Origin: an uncultured Lachnospiraceae bacterium
GTDB taxonomy: Bacteria > Bacillota > Clostridia > Lachnospirales > Lachnospiraceae
Length of the DNA: 64,000 nucleotides
Direction of reading: 5' to 3'
Assembly: GCA_964609025.1 (NCBI GenBank)
Contig: CAZSQM010000005.1
Span: 35,402 to 99,401 of the forward strand
The notes below the pieces were generated by a model. The model saw only the letters and a list, made by a program, of their open reading frames with translations. It made no database searches and was not told where the DNA came from. Numbering within the stretch: position 1 is the stretch's first letter; each line of letters opens with the position of its first letter. Shown one piece after another: positions 48,867 to 58,337 of this stretch. The position numbers were made by a program, and so were the translations under genes.

Positions 48867-49859
48867 TTACCGTTCCTCTCTGAAATACGCCACTCCGAGG
48901 CTCGCCGGAGGCTGGCTCTCCCGCTTTTTACGCAGGCTCACCGCAATGAGCACGATAATCGTTACTACATACGGTATCATCTGAATCAAATCCGTCATGT
49001 AGCCCGGCACCTTCAGTCCCAGCATCGTCGGCAGGAACTGATACAGCCAGTACAGGGTTCCGAACAGATACGCGCCCCAGATGCCGTTTAACGGCCGCCA
49101 GGTCGTGAAAATAACAAGAGCAAGCGCAAGCCATCCCAGCGCTTCAATCTGCCCGGTGGTTGCCCAGATACCCTGGTTATAATCCAGAACATAATACAGA
49201 CCGCCGATACCGGAAATTCCCGCGCCGATACAGGTTGCCAGATACTTATACTTCGTTACGCTGATTCCTGCCGCGTCTGCCGTCGCCGGATTCTCGCCCA
49301 CCGCACGGAGATTCAAGCCGACTTTCGTTTTATTCAGCACGATATGCAGAACAATCGCAAGGATAATTGCCGCATAAGCAAGAAAACCGTAGCTAAACAG
49401 CATCTTTCCGATTGGGCCGAGATGTTCCGAAAGGAACGGCAGCTTTGCGGAAAATGCCTTGTTTGCAAGCGGCGCCGCCGTGTAGCTCGCACCGTTTAAA
49501 ATGAACACGCCGAAAAAGTTTGCCACGCCCATACCGAAGGTAGTGAGCGCAAGACCCGTTACGTTCTGGTTGGCACGGAGCGTAATCGTTAAAAAGCTGA
49601 AAATCAGGCCGCCCGCCATCGAAGCAAGGATACAGCAGACCAAAGCGAGAATCACGCAGACCACGCCGTTCGGATTTGCCGCGTTTTTCTCATAATAATA
49701 GGCACTGGCAAAACCGGCAAAACCGCCGAGATACATAATTCCCGGCACGCCGAGATTCAGGTTGCCCGACTTTTCCGTTACCGTTTCTCCCATTGCACCA
49801 TACATGATAATCGTGCCGAATGCGATGGCACGGAGAATCCAAGAAACAAATACGTTCAT
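48867..49859 (-). CDS. ABC transporter permease (BMP/nucleoside-sugar type, branched-chain permease family)
   Basis: 330 aa with about 9 TM helices. Overlaps the upstream permease gene by 4 nt. Confidence 0.8.
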   Translation of the reverse strand: MNVFVSWILRAIAFGTIIMYGAMGETVTEKSGNLNLGVPGIMYLGGFAGFASAYYYEKNAANPNGVVCVILALVCCILASMAGGLIFSFLTITLRANQNVTGLALTTFGMGVANFFGVFILNGASYTAAPLANKAFSAKLPFLSEHLGPIGKMLFSYGFLAYAAIILAIVLHIVLNKTKVGLNLRAVGENPATADAAGISVTKYKYLATCIGAGISGIGGLYYVLDYNQGIWATTGQIEALGWLALALVIFTTWRPLNGIWGAYLFGTLYWLYQFLPTMLGLKVPGYMTDLIQMIPYVVTIIVLIAVSLRKKRESQPPASLGVAYFREER

Positions 49860-50965
49860 CGTTCCTGTGCCTCCTTTGCTTTTTTACTGCGGAAAATCAG
49901 TTTATAGTTTGCAAAAAACTCACTGCCCAGAATAAAGAACAAAATCACGCCGGAGATGATATCCGCCACATAATCGTTCAGACCGAAGGCAGAGGAAATT
50001 TCTCCCGCACCCATTTCCAAAAAGATAAGCAGGAAAGAAATTAATGCCATGGTAAAGGTATTGAACTTGGCAAGCCAGGCCACAATAATTGCGGTAAAGC
50101 CGCGTCCGCCCGCAGTAGACACCGAAATCGTCTGGTCACGTCCCGCAACCAGCAGAAACCCACAGAGTCCGCAGATCGCACCGGAAATCAACATCGTCCG
50201 GATCATTACCTTCTTTACGTTAATGCCCGCATAGCGCGCCGTGTTTTCCGATTCTCCCACCACGCTGATTTCATAGCCCTGCTTTGTATACTTTAAGTAA
50301 AAATACATGGCAAAGGTAAGGATGAGTACAATCAGAATGTTAATGTTGTAGCGCTCCCCGAAAAACTCCGGAAACCAGCCGATTTTTGTCTTCATATTCA
50401 GCTTTCCGAGGCTTGAGGCGCGTCCGCGCATAATATTGGTCGCACAGGCAACAATACTCGTTGCGACATAGTTCATCATCAGGGTAAACAGCGTTTCGTT
50501 CGTTTTCCAATGTGCCTTAAAGAAAGCCGGCAGAAACGCCCACAGGGCACCGGAAATCACACTGGCAAGGAACATTGTAAGAAACAGTACCGGGGTCGGC
50601 ACCTTGCTTCCCACAAACACCATCACAAGCGCGGTTGACAAGCCTCCCATTAATATCTGACCTTCCGCGCCGATATTCCAGAATTTCATTTTAAACGCCG
50701 GCGCCAGTGCAATCCCGACAAGTAACAGACTCGCAAGGTCACGCAGCGCCCAGGAAAATCTCATTTTATTGCCGAAGGTGCCTTGAAACATCACACCGTA
50801 TACGGAAAACGGATTCAGCCCGGTTACCAAAAAGATAAATACCGCATCTACCACCAGTGCCGCAAGAATTGCCAGCACAACCGTCAGCACTCTCGTTCTC
50901 TTTTTTACATTATCCCGCTTTACAATACGCAGAAACGGTTCCTGTGCCGTCATTTGTTTACTCAT
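49856..50965 (-). CDS. ABC transporter permease (BMP/nucleoside-sugar type)
   Basis: 369 aa with about 10 TM helices. Overlaps the ATPase gene by 8 nt. Confidence 0.8.
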   Translation of the reverse strand: MSKQMTAQEPFLRIVKRDNVKKRTRVLTVVLAILAALVVDAVFIFLVTGLNPFSVYGVMFQGTFGNKMRFSWALRDLASLLLVGIALAPAFKMKFWNIGAEGQILMGGLSTALVMVFVGSKVPTPVLFLTMFLASVISGALWAFLPAFFKAHWKTNETLFTLMMNYVATSIVACATNIMRGRASSLGKLNMKTKIGWFPEFFGERYNINILIVLILTFAMYFYLKYTKQGYEISVVGESENTARYAGINVKKVMIRTMLISGAICGLCGFLLVAGRDQTISVSTAGGRGFTAIIVAWLAKFNTFTMALISFLLIFLEMGAGEISSAFGLNDYVADIISGVILFFILGSEFFANYKLIFRSKKAKEAQER

Positions 50966-52508
50966 TTCCGTTACCTCCCGAAACAGCCGTCATTGTCATC
51001 AGTCTGCCGACTTCTTCCTTGGTTACGGTACGTCCGTCTACCAGACCGGTTACACGTCCGCCGCAAAGCACCAGAATCCTGTCGCAAAGCTCCAGCAATA
51101 CATCCAAATCCTCGCCGACATAAATCACGGCGACTCCCTTTTCCTTCTGCTCGTTTAAGAGATGATAAATGGTATAGGAGGTATTGATATCCAACCCCCG
51201 CACCGCATAAGCCGTCATCAGTACAATCGGCGACTCCGCGATTTCACGGCCCACCAATACTTTCTGCACGTTACCGCCGGAAAGCCGGGATACCGGAGTG
51301 GAAACGCCCGGCGTTACTACCTCCAGTTCATCCTTTACCCGCTCTGCCAGCTGCTTCGGGCTTTTTCTGTCTAACAGGAAAAACTTTCCGTTTTCATAAC
51401 TCTTTAACATCATATTACCGGTCATACCCATCGAGCCGACCAGTCCCATGCCCAAACGGTCCTCCGGTACAAAGGAAAGGTGTACGCCCGCCTCCCGGAT
51501 TGCCTTCGGCGTCTTTCCGAGCAGCTCCACGCCGTCCATTTTAAACGGAGCAAAAAACTGCACGCTGCTTTCTCTTTCCGTCTGCTGCAAGCCTGCGATT
51601 GCTTCCAAAAGCTCCTTCTGTCCGTTGCCCGAAACACCTGCGATTCCTAAAATTTCTCCGCCGTAAGCGTCAAAGGAAACCGAATCCAGCACCTTGATTC
51701 CGTCCGCATTCACTACCGTAAGATTCTTAATATCCAGACGTTTCACTCTGTCCTTCGGTTCCGGACGCTCAATATTTAAGGATACCTTTTTCCCTACCAT
51801 CATTTCCGTTAAGGACTCCACGCTTGCTTCTGCCGTCGCTACCGCTCCCACATACTCTCCTTTCCGAAGAATTGCCACACGGTCGGATATGGAAAGCACC
51901 TCCTGCAACTTGTGGGTTATGATGATAATTGCCTTTCCGTCCTTTTGCATGTTCCGAATCACTTCAAACAGCTTTTCGGTTTCCTGCGGCGTCAGCACTG
52001 CGGTAGGCTCGTCCAAAATCAAAATATCTACGTTACGGTACAGCACCTTAACAATTTCCAGCGTCTGTTTTTGGGAAACGCTCATGGTATATACCTTCTG
52101 GTCTAAGTCCAGTTCGAAATGATACCGGTCGCAGATTTCCTTTGCCCGCTCTTTTACTTTCTTTAAATCAAAGCGCTCCGACTTATCCAGTCCGAGTGCA
52201 ATATTTTCCGTTGCCGTAAATACATCCACCAGCTTAAAATGCTGGTGAACCATGCCGATTCCGAGCGCAAACGCGTCCTTCGGCGAATGGATTTCCGCTA
52301 ATTTTCCGTTTACAAAAATCTGACCGCCGTCCTGATAATAAATCCCGGCGAGCATATTCATCAAGGTTGTTTTTCCGCTTCCGTTTTCTCCCAGTACGGA
52401 TAAAATTTCTCCGCGGTAAACCTCCATTGATACATCCTTATTTGCCACTACCTGTCCGAATGTCTTTGTTATATTCTTAAACTGAATTGCACATTCCACT
52501 GAGGACAT
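50958..52508 (-). CDS. ABC transporter ATP-binding protein with duplicated ATPase domains
   Basis: Two Walker A motifs (GENGSGKTT, GVSGNGQKEL), plus LSGGNVQKV and ILDEPT. Confidence 0.85.
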   Translation of the reverse strand: MSSVECAIQFKNITKTFGQVVANKDVSMEVYRGEILSVLGENGSGKTTLMNMLAGIYYQDGGQIFVNGKLAEIHSPKDAFALGIGMVHQHFKLVDVFTATENIALGLDKSERFDLKKVKERAKEICDRYHFELDLDQKVYTMSVSQKQTLEIVKVLYRNVDILILDEPTAVLTPQETEKLFEVIRNMQKDGKAIIIITHKLQEVLSISDRVAILRKGEYVGAVATAEASVESLTEMMVGKKVSLNIERPEPKDRVKRLDIKNLTVVNADGIKVLDSVSFDAYGGEILGIAGVSGNGQKELLEAIAGLQQTERESSVQFFAPFKMDGVELLGKTPKAIREAGVHLSFVPEDRLGMGLVGSMGMTGNMMLKSYENGKFFLLDRKSPKQLAERVKDELEVVTPGVSTPVSRLSGGNVQKVLVGREIAESPIVLMTAYAVRGLDINTSYTIYHLLNEQKEKGVAVIYVGEDLDVLLELCDRILVLCGGRVTGLVDGRTVTKEEVGRLMTMTAVSGGNGNE

Positions 52509-52539
52509 ATCCCCCTTTTCTCAAATAAATCCGTTTCCT

Positions 52540-52590
52540 GTTATTGTCTTAAAAAGAAATATAAGGGGAGTTTTTAAAACTCCCCTTGGA
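52540..52590 (-). terminator. Rho-independent terminator after the BMP substrate-binding protein gene
   Basis: Perfect palindrome aaggggagtttttaaaactcccctt (52563-52587), followed on the minus strand by tttctttttaag. Confidence 0.6.
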
Positions 52591-52628
52591 AGTCCAAGCA
52601 TCGCTGAACAATAAAACTTTCAAATCAA

Positions 52629-53924
52629 TTATTCTACCGGAGTTGCATTCTCTACAATACCGTCGATACGGATAGAGAAGTACGGTGCGCTGCGGAAAGA
52701 AGACTCCTCAAAAGCGCCGTCCTTAATGCACTCAACGGTTTCGCCCTCGTAAATCGGGGTCATCGTAGAGAAATCCATGAAGGAAAGGTCTACCTTACAG
52801 CTCGTAACCTTGCCGTTTGCGTCGGTTTCTACCGTACAGGTATTCTGCGGTGCGCTTACGGTAAACGTATTGGTATCGAATACCTTTAATGCACCGGTCT
52901 TTAACTGTGCTTCAACCCCTGCCACATACTCGGCGGTACCTGCTGCACAGGACTTACCTAACTCTGTAATGGCAACCGCATCCTTTGCATAACCTTCTGC
53001 CCAGTCTACCGCAATTTCCTTACCGTCCATTGCGTTCTTGATTGCTTCCGTATAATATACGGACCAGGTGTTGGTTGCGGAAGTAAGTGCTGCGTTCGGA
53101 GCAGTTTCAAGCATATCCACGTTATAACCGATGGAGTAGCAGATTCTTCCGTTGTTTAACAGCTTCTCTACTGCTGCCGGAGCACCGGTGGAGTCTGCAT
53201 GCTGACCGATAATAACACAGCCGTTTGCCACAAGAGCTTCTGCCGCAGCTGCTTCTTTATCAATATCAAACCAGGAATTGGTATACTTTACTTCCATAAC
53301 AACATTCGGCATCACGCTCTTAATACCGAGATAGAATGCGGTGTAACCGGAAACTACTTCTGCGTAGTTATAGGCGCCGACATAACCGATCTTAATGTTA
53401 CCGTCCGCGTCAAAGCTGTCCGCCTGCGTTGCAGCGGTAAGCGTGCCGTTCTCCACCAGTTCCTTTAACTTAAGACCTGCAACGACACCGGAAACATAAC
53501 GGGACTCATATACCTTTGTAAATGCGTTCTTTAAGTTATCGCTTCCGCAGATTGCTGCGAAATCACCGGTCATGGAAACGAAGGTTACATCGGAAAACTC
53601 CTCTGCTGCCTGTACCATGAAGGTCTGATGTCCGTAGCTGTTAGAGAAAATCACATCACAGCCGGAAGCCACCAAATCGGCTGCCGCATCGTAGCACTTG
53701 GAATCCTCTGTTACCTTGTACTTCCAGATAATATTGCTGTCCGCAATATCAAGTGCCTTGGCTGCTGCCTTGATACCGTCCATATGTGCCTTGGTGTAGC
53801 CCTCGGTATCATCACCGACTAAAATAACACCAACCTTAAAATCCCCGCCCTTTTCCGTTTTGCCGCACGCACCGAGTGCCAGTACCATCGTACAGACAAG
53901 GAGCAAGCTAACTAACTTTTTCAT
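52629..53924 (-). CDS. BMP-family (basic membrane protein / PnrA-like) ABC substrate-binding lipoprotein with a C-terminal extension of about 90 aa
   Basis: Lipoprotein signal MKKLVSLLLVCTMVLALGAC; BMP-family periplasmic binding fold. The start is at the ATG at 53924. Confidence 0.75.
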   Translation of the reverse strand: MKKLVSLLLVCTMVLALGACGKTEKGGDFKVGVILVGDDTEGYTKAHMDGIKAAAKALDIADSNIIWKYKVTEDSKCYDAAADLVASGCDVIFSNSYGHQTFMVQAAEEFSDVTFVSMTGDFAAICGSDNLKNAFTKVYESRYVSGVVAGLKLKELVENGTLTAATQADSFDADGNIKIGYVGAYNYAEVVSGYTAFYLGIKSVMPNVVMEVKYTNSWFDIDKEAAAAEALVANGCVIIGQHADSTGAPAAVEKLLNNGRICYSIGYNVDMLETAPNAALTSATNTWSVYYTEAIKNAMDGKEIAVDWAEGYAKDAVAITELGKSCAAGTAEYVAGVEAQLKTGALKVFDTNTFTVSAPQNTCTVETDANGKVTSCKVDLSFMDFSTMTPIYEGETVECIKDGAFEESSFRSAPYFSIRIDGIVENATPVE

Positions 53925-54014
53925 TTCTTTTTCCTCCTGTTTGTTGAAAAAAATTCCATACAACAATTACACGAGCATTATATACTAATGTTTCCAAAAA
54001 AGCAAGTACCTCTT

Positions 54015-55376
54015 TTAAGCAGTTTCCCCTTTCACGACCGCCTTTCCTTTCCACTTGCCGCGCCGCCAGCGAATCAGGGCAAGCACTCCGCGGGCGCATT
54101 CGTCTGCCGCGGTTCCAATAAAAACGCCTGTCATTCCCAGAGAAAGCCCTATGCCGCAGCCGTACCCCACGCCGATTCCGATTCCCCACATGGACAGCAT
54201 TCCGACTACTACCGGAAACAGCACATCGCCTGCCGCTTTCATACTGCCGAGAACCACCAGATTAATCGTTCTGCCGATTTCCATAATAATCACAACGGCA
54301 AGCGTCTGCTGTACCAACGGCACCACCTCGGTATTCTCCGTAAACAGCTTTAAAGTGAGCGGACAGAGCAGGCAATTTAACGCCGCAATTCCGATTGCCA
54401 CAGGCAGGGAAGTATATAAGGTTTTCATGACCCGTTTATCCGCCGCGTCCTCACGTCCGGCACCGACCAAATGTCCCGTGACAATCTGCGTTGCCTGTGC
54501 AAGAGAGTTGGAGAACACAACCGAAAACGACATCAGCGTATTACAGTACACCTTTGCGTTTACCGCCATCGCTCCCATCGGATTGATAAAGGACAGCAGC
54601 ACCAGCTGGTAAAAGGAATACGCCATATTTTCTCCTGCGGAGGGAATGCCGATTTTTAACATACGGAACAACATTTTTTTCGGAAACGGCCTCAACAGAT
54701 TAAGCGCTATTTTCCCCACCCGGTAACGATAAAATATAAGAACGGAAACCACCAGGGCAATCGTTCGTGACGCAACCGTGGAAATCGCCACACCGGCAAC
54801 GCCGAGCTGAAGATGCTTTAACGGTCCGTACAGGAATATATAGTTTCCGACAATATTCACAAGATTGACCGCCAGCGAAATGTACATTCCCACCCTCGTG
54901 TAACCGTGGCAGCGCAGTATCTGGACCATAACGTTATAGCCCGCCTGTAAGAACAAAAGGCCGCCTACAATCTTCATATACGTTACGGCGTCTTTCATCT
55001 GGCTCGCATCCACCTTTAAAAACCTCATAAAGCTGCCGCCGAAGAAAAACACAATCAGACTGATGAACAGCCCGAAAACCAGATTAAAGGACAGGGACAG
55101 CGTATAAATCTGATTCATGTTCTCTGTCTTCTTTGCACCGAGGTATTGCGCCACTACCACGCCGGTAGCGCCCGCAATCACACCGAACATGATGATGAAC
55201 AGACTCATCATCTGGTTTGCATTGCCCACGGCGCCCACCGCATTCTCGGAATACCGGCTGATCATAATGGTATCTACATTATTCAATAAAATATTTAACA
55301 GCATCTCCGCGAAAATCGGTCCCGCCAGAAAAAGCATGGACGTCTTTTCGTTAATTTCCGTATTTCCCTGTTTCAT
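54015..55376 (-). CDS. MATE-family efflux transporter
   Basis: 12 TM helices. The N-terminus reads MLFLAGPIFAEMLLNILLNNVDTIMISRYSENAVGAVG. The start is at the ATG at 55376. Confidence 0.8.
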   Translation of the reverse strand: MKQGNTEINEKTSMLFLAGPIFAEMLLNILLNNVDTIMISRYSENAVGAVGNANQMMSLFIIMFGVIAGATGVVVAQYLGAKKTENMNQIYTLSLSFNLVFGLFISLIVFFFGGSFMRFLKVDASQMKDAVTYMKIVGGLLFLQAGYNVMVQILRCHGYTRVGMYISLAVNLVNIVGNYIFLYGPLKHLQLGVAGVAISTVASRTIALVVSVLIFYRYRVGKIALNLLRPFPKKMLFRMLKIGIPSAGENMAYSFYQLVLLSFINPMGAMAVNAKVYCNTLMSFSVVFSNSLAQATQIVTGHLVGAGREDAADKRVMKTLYTSLPVAIGIAALNCLLCPLTLKLFTENTEVVPLVQQTLAVVIIMEIGRTINLVVLGSMKAAGDVLFPVVVGMLSMWGIGIGVGYGCGIGLSLGMTGVFIGTAADECARGVLALIRWRRGKWKGKAVVKGETA

Positions 55377-55640
55377 CGGTAAATTTCCTCCAAACCTTTT
55401 CCTCCTCACTCCACGATAACTCCGTTTTCCCTACTATATCTCAATTTCGTCAGGTTTGCAAGCGGAAATCTGCAAATATTTATATTTTCTTCTTTTGTTC
55501 ATTTTATTATATAGCCAATCTTTTCGCTTGTTTTAGCATTTTTTTGCCACTTTGTTCTTTTCTTATATTTGTTCATATTTTTATATCATTTTTCATCCGT
55601 CCATATCCGCCGCTGCCGTTTTCTTCCTTCGGGATGCCGG

Positions 55641-55844
55641 TTATTCGAAATTATTTTCCAGGCGGCTGATAAAACGCTCCATCTCCTCTTTGGAATGCTG
55701 GTTTCTGCTCGCTTCTATCACCGCACGCTTTTCCTCGTCGCTCATTCCCGCAAAGCAGTTCATCGCCTTTGTATTTGCCGCTAATGACAGTCCGAAACCG
55801 ATCGGCATATCGTCCCGGATACTTTCCTTTTGCTCTTTTTCCAT
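55641..55844 (-). CDS. Hypothetical small protein of 67 aa
   Basis: ATG at 55844 preceded by AAGGAGGG (MEKEQKESIRDDMPIGFGLSLAANTKAMNCFAGMSDEEKRAVIEASRNQHSKEEMERFISRLENNFE). No family recognised. Confidence 0.4.
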   Translation of the reverse strand: MEKEQKESIRDDMPIGFGLSLAANTKAMNCFAGMSDEEKRAVIEASRNQHSKEEMERFISRLENNFE

Positions 55845-55905
55845 GGAATACCCTCCTTTCCCCTTCCAGTATTCCACCGGGCCGTAAAAAGTATTCAGCC
55901 CCCCT

Positions 55906-56751
55906 TCAGCCGCGATATTCATGAATCGACTGCTCGTAAAACTGCTGTCTGCGCCATTGGCTCGGCGATACCTGAAACTGTTTTCGGAACTGCTTCGAAA
56001 ACTCAAGGGGGTCGTCATACCCGACGCACAACGCCACCTCCTTAATCGAAAGCTCCTTGTTTTTCAGATGCTGCGCCGCTGCCGCAAACTTCATCTTCAA
56101 AAGATACTGCTGCGGACTCTGCCCCTTCTGCTCCCGGAAAATACGGCTGAAATAGCTGCGGTCAAGTCCAACATAGTCTGCCAGCTCCGCCACCCGGAGT
56201 TTTCTGTGCAGATTCATCCGCATATATGCCTCGCATTTCCGCACATAGCTGCTTCCTTTTTCTTCCTCTGTGCCGCGCAGCCTGCCGGCGGTCATTGCAC
56301 AAAGAATCCCCCAGAGTCTTTCCATCACAAAGGTAAACTCGGCTCCTCCCGCCTCCGTCAGTTCTCTCACCGCCCTTCCGACCGTTCCGTTTTTATCCGT
56401 AAGCACCGGAGTTTCTTTGGAAAAGCCCGCTGCCGAAAGCATTTCCCCGCACAGAGCTCCCGCAAATTCCACCCACCGGTAAACCCACGGTTCCTCCTTA
56501 TCCGCCTCATAATAAGCAAGCTGTCCCGGATAAATCAGGAAATACTGCCCCGCTTCTATCTCGTAACGCTTTCCCTCGGCAAGCAGATACCCCCTGCCGC
56601 TGTATACATAATGCACAAAATAAAAATTACGGATACACGGTCCGTAACCATAACCGCTGTCACATTCCTGCTCCCCGTACTGTAACGGATAAACATCCCG
56701 CGGCACCAGCACGGTGTCCGCATACCAAACGTGAAACAATCCCATCGCCAT
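55906..56751 (-). CDS. AraC-family transcriptional regulator with an N-terminal cupin sensor and C-terminal HTH domains
   Basis: The C-terminal AraC signature reads LADYVGLDRSYFSRIFREQKGQSPQQYL...ALCVGYDDPLEFSKQFRKQF. The start is at the ATG at 56751, preceded by AAAGGAGG. Confidence 0.8.
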   Translation of the reverse strand: MAMGLFHVWYADTVLVPRDVYPLQYGEQECDSGYGYGPCIRNFYFVHYVYSGRGYLLAEGKRYEIEAGQYFLIYPGQLAYYEADKEEPWVYRWVEFAGALCGEMLSAAGFSKETPVLTDKNGTVGRAVRELTEAGGAEFTFVMERLWGILCAMTAGRLRGTEEEKGSSYVRKCEAYMRMNLHRKLRVAELADYVGLDRSYFSRIFREQKGQSPQQYLLKMKFAAAAQHLKNKELSIKEVALCVGYDDPLEFSKQFRKQFQVSPSQWRRQQFYEQSIHEYRG

Positions 56752-56915
56752 GCCTCCTTTCCCTTCTGATATATCACATTTTCCCATGTTGTGTCAACAT
56801 TTTACTATTTCAAAGTCCGTCCTAAAGTCTTACACTGAAACCGGAACAGAAACAGGTTCGTCCGCGAAGTTTTCGCGCATCGACCTCCGTTATACCTATG
56901 AAAGGAGTTTTTCTT

Positions 56916-58184
56916 ATGGTCGCAAAAACACCGCCTATGGGCTGGAACAGCTGGGACTGCTACGGGGCTGCGGTTACCGAAGACATCGTGAAAGCCAACG
57001 CTGACTTTATGGCAGCAAACCTAAAACAATACGGTTGGGAATACATCGTCGTTGACATCCAGTGGTACGAGCCGACCGCAGAAAGTCACTATTACCATAA
57101 CTTTACGGAATTGTGCATGGATGAATATTCCCGGCTTCTCCCTGCGGTAAACCGTTTTCCGTCAGCCGCAGACGGCAGGGGCTTTGCGCCTCTTGCGGAC
57201 TATGTCCACTCTCTCGGATTAAAATTCGGCATCCATATGATGCGCGGTATCCCGAGGCAGGCAGTTCACCGGAATACGCCGGTAAAGAACACGACCCGGA
57301 CTGCCAGACAGATTGCCGCACAGAGCAGCATCTGTGACTGGAACACCGATATGTACGGCGTCGACTGCTCCAAGGAGGGCGCACAGGCTTACTACGACAG
57401 TCTGTTTGAACTCTATGCCTCCTGGGGCGTTGATTTCGTCAAGGTAGATGATATCTGCCGCGGCTACCCGGTTGCCGAGGTAGAAGCCATCGCCGCTGCC
57501 ATCCGGCACTGCGGCCGCGATATCGTACTTTCTCTTTCTCCGGGGCCGGCACACCTTGATATGGCGGAGCATATGAAGCAGTACACGAATATGTGGCGGA
57601 TTACCGACGACTTCTGGGATAAATGGGAGCTTCTCTACAATATGTTTGAGCGGGCGGAAAAGTGGTGCATTCACTCCGGCATTACCGACGGTCACGGACA
57701 CTGGCCGGATGCGGACATGCTGCCGATCGGTCCGATTAATCAGGTCTACGACAAGGCAAACCGCACCAACTTTACAAAGGACGAACAGCGCACCATGCTG
57801 ACCCTTTGGAGTATTCTGCGTTCCCCGCTTATGATTGGCGGCGATATGACCGGCTTTGATGAATTTACCATGAGCCTGCTCAACAACGCGGAATTGATTC
57901 AGGTACTGACGCATACTCATTCCGCTCATCCGCTTTACCGCAAAAAAAGCGGAGATACGGAAACCTGCGCCTGGATGAGCACTTACGAAAACGGAAACTT
58001 TTGTATTGCCCTGTTTAATCTCGGAGAAACAGAAACCACGGTTACCGCAGCTCTTCCGTTCGGCGGCACTTATACCTGTTACGATATCTGGAAGCGGCAG
58101 ACGATTGCGCCTGTGGAAAACAAAGTAAGCGAAACGCTTCCGCCGCACGGTGCGGCAATGTTTCGCTTATCATCATGTTTATAA
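56916..58184 (+). CDS. Glycoside hydrolase family 27-like (alpha-galactosidase / beta-L-arabinopyranosidase family)
   Basis: The PMGWNSW hallmark and the catalytic region VDFVKVDD. The start is at the ATG at 56916, preceded by AAAGGAG. It is divergent from the AraC gene. Confidence 0.7.
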   Translation: MVAKTPPMGWNSWDCYGAAVTEDIVKANADFMAANLKQYGWEYIVVDIQWYEPTAESHYYHNFTELCMDEYSRLLPAVNRFPSAADGRGFAPLADYVHSLGLKFGIHMMRGIPRQAVHRNTPVKNTTRTARQIAAQSSICDWNTDMYGVDCSKEGAQAYYDSLFELYASWGVDFVKVDDICRGYPVAEVEAIAAAIRHCGRDIVLSLSPGPAHLDMAEHMKQYTNMWRITDDFWDKWELLYNMFERAEKWCIHSGITDGHGHWPDADMLPIGPINQVYDKANRTNFTKDEQRTMLTLWSILRSPLMIGGDMTGFDEFTMSLLNNAELIQVLTHTHSAHPLYRKKSGDTETCAWMSTYENGNFCIALFNLGETETTVTAALPFGGTYTCYDIWKRQTIAPVENKVSETLPPHGAAMFRLSSCL

Positions 58185-58232
58185 TTATATTAACATTTTA
58201 GTTGTGGAATAGCCTTTTAATTAGTTTTCTTA

Positions 58233-58266
58233 TTGACACCCGGAGAAATCTACTATATAGTAGATT
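58233..58266 (+). promoter_or_regulatory. Consensus sigma-A promoter overlapped by a 20-bp perfect palindrome (candidate repressor operator) upstream of the GH43 gene
   Basis: TTGACA (58233-58238), a 17-nt spacer, and TATAGT (58256-58261). The palindrome aatctactatatagtagatt (58247-58266) spans the -10 element. Confidence 0.55.
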
Positions 58267-58337
58267 GAAAGAGAATTGAATTCTATCTCATAGCGCAAAA
58301 GTATTTTATTTTATTAAGAACGGAGGCATCGTCTATT

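Noticed and set aside
5742-56834. 13-nt identical string ctaaagtcttaca found upstream of the deacetylase gene region (5742) and in the AraC/GH27 intergenic region (56822)
   Set aside because: Dozens of chance 13-mer matches are expected in 64 kb on two strands. There is no extended similarity around either copy.
56788-56915. Possible AraC operator half-sites (GAAACCGG-N4-GAAACAGG) and a cgcgaa-N3-ttcgcg inverted repeat in the AraC/GH27 divergent region
   Set aside because: The motifs are short and degenerate. They are plausible but cannot be told apart from chance without comparative data, so they are not reported as a feature.
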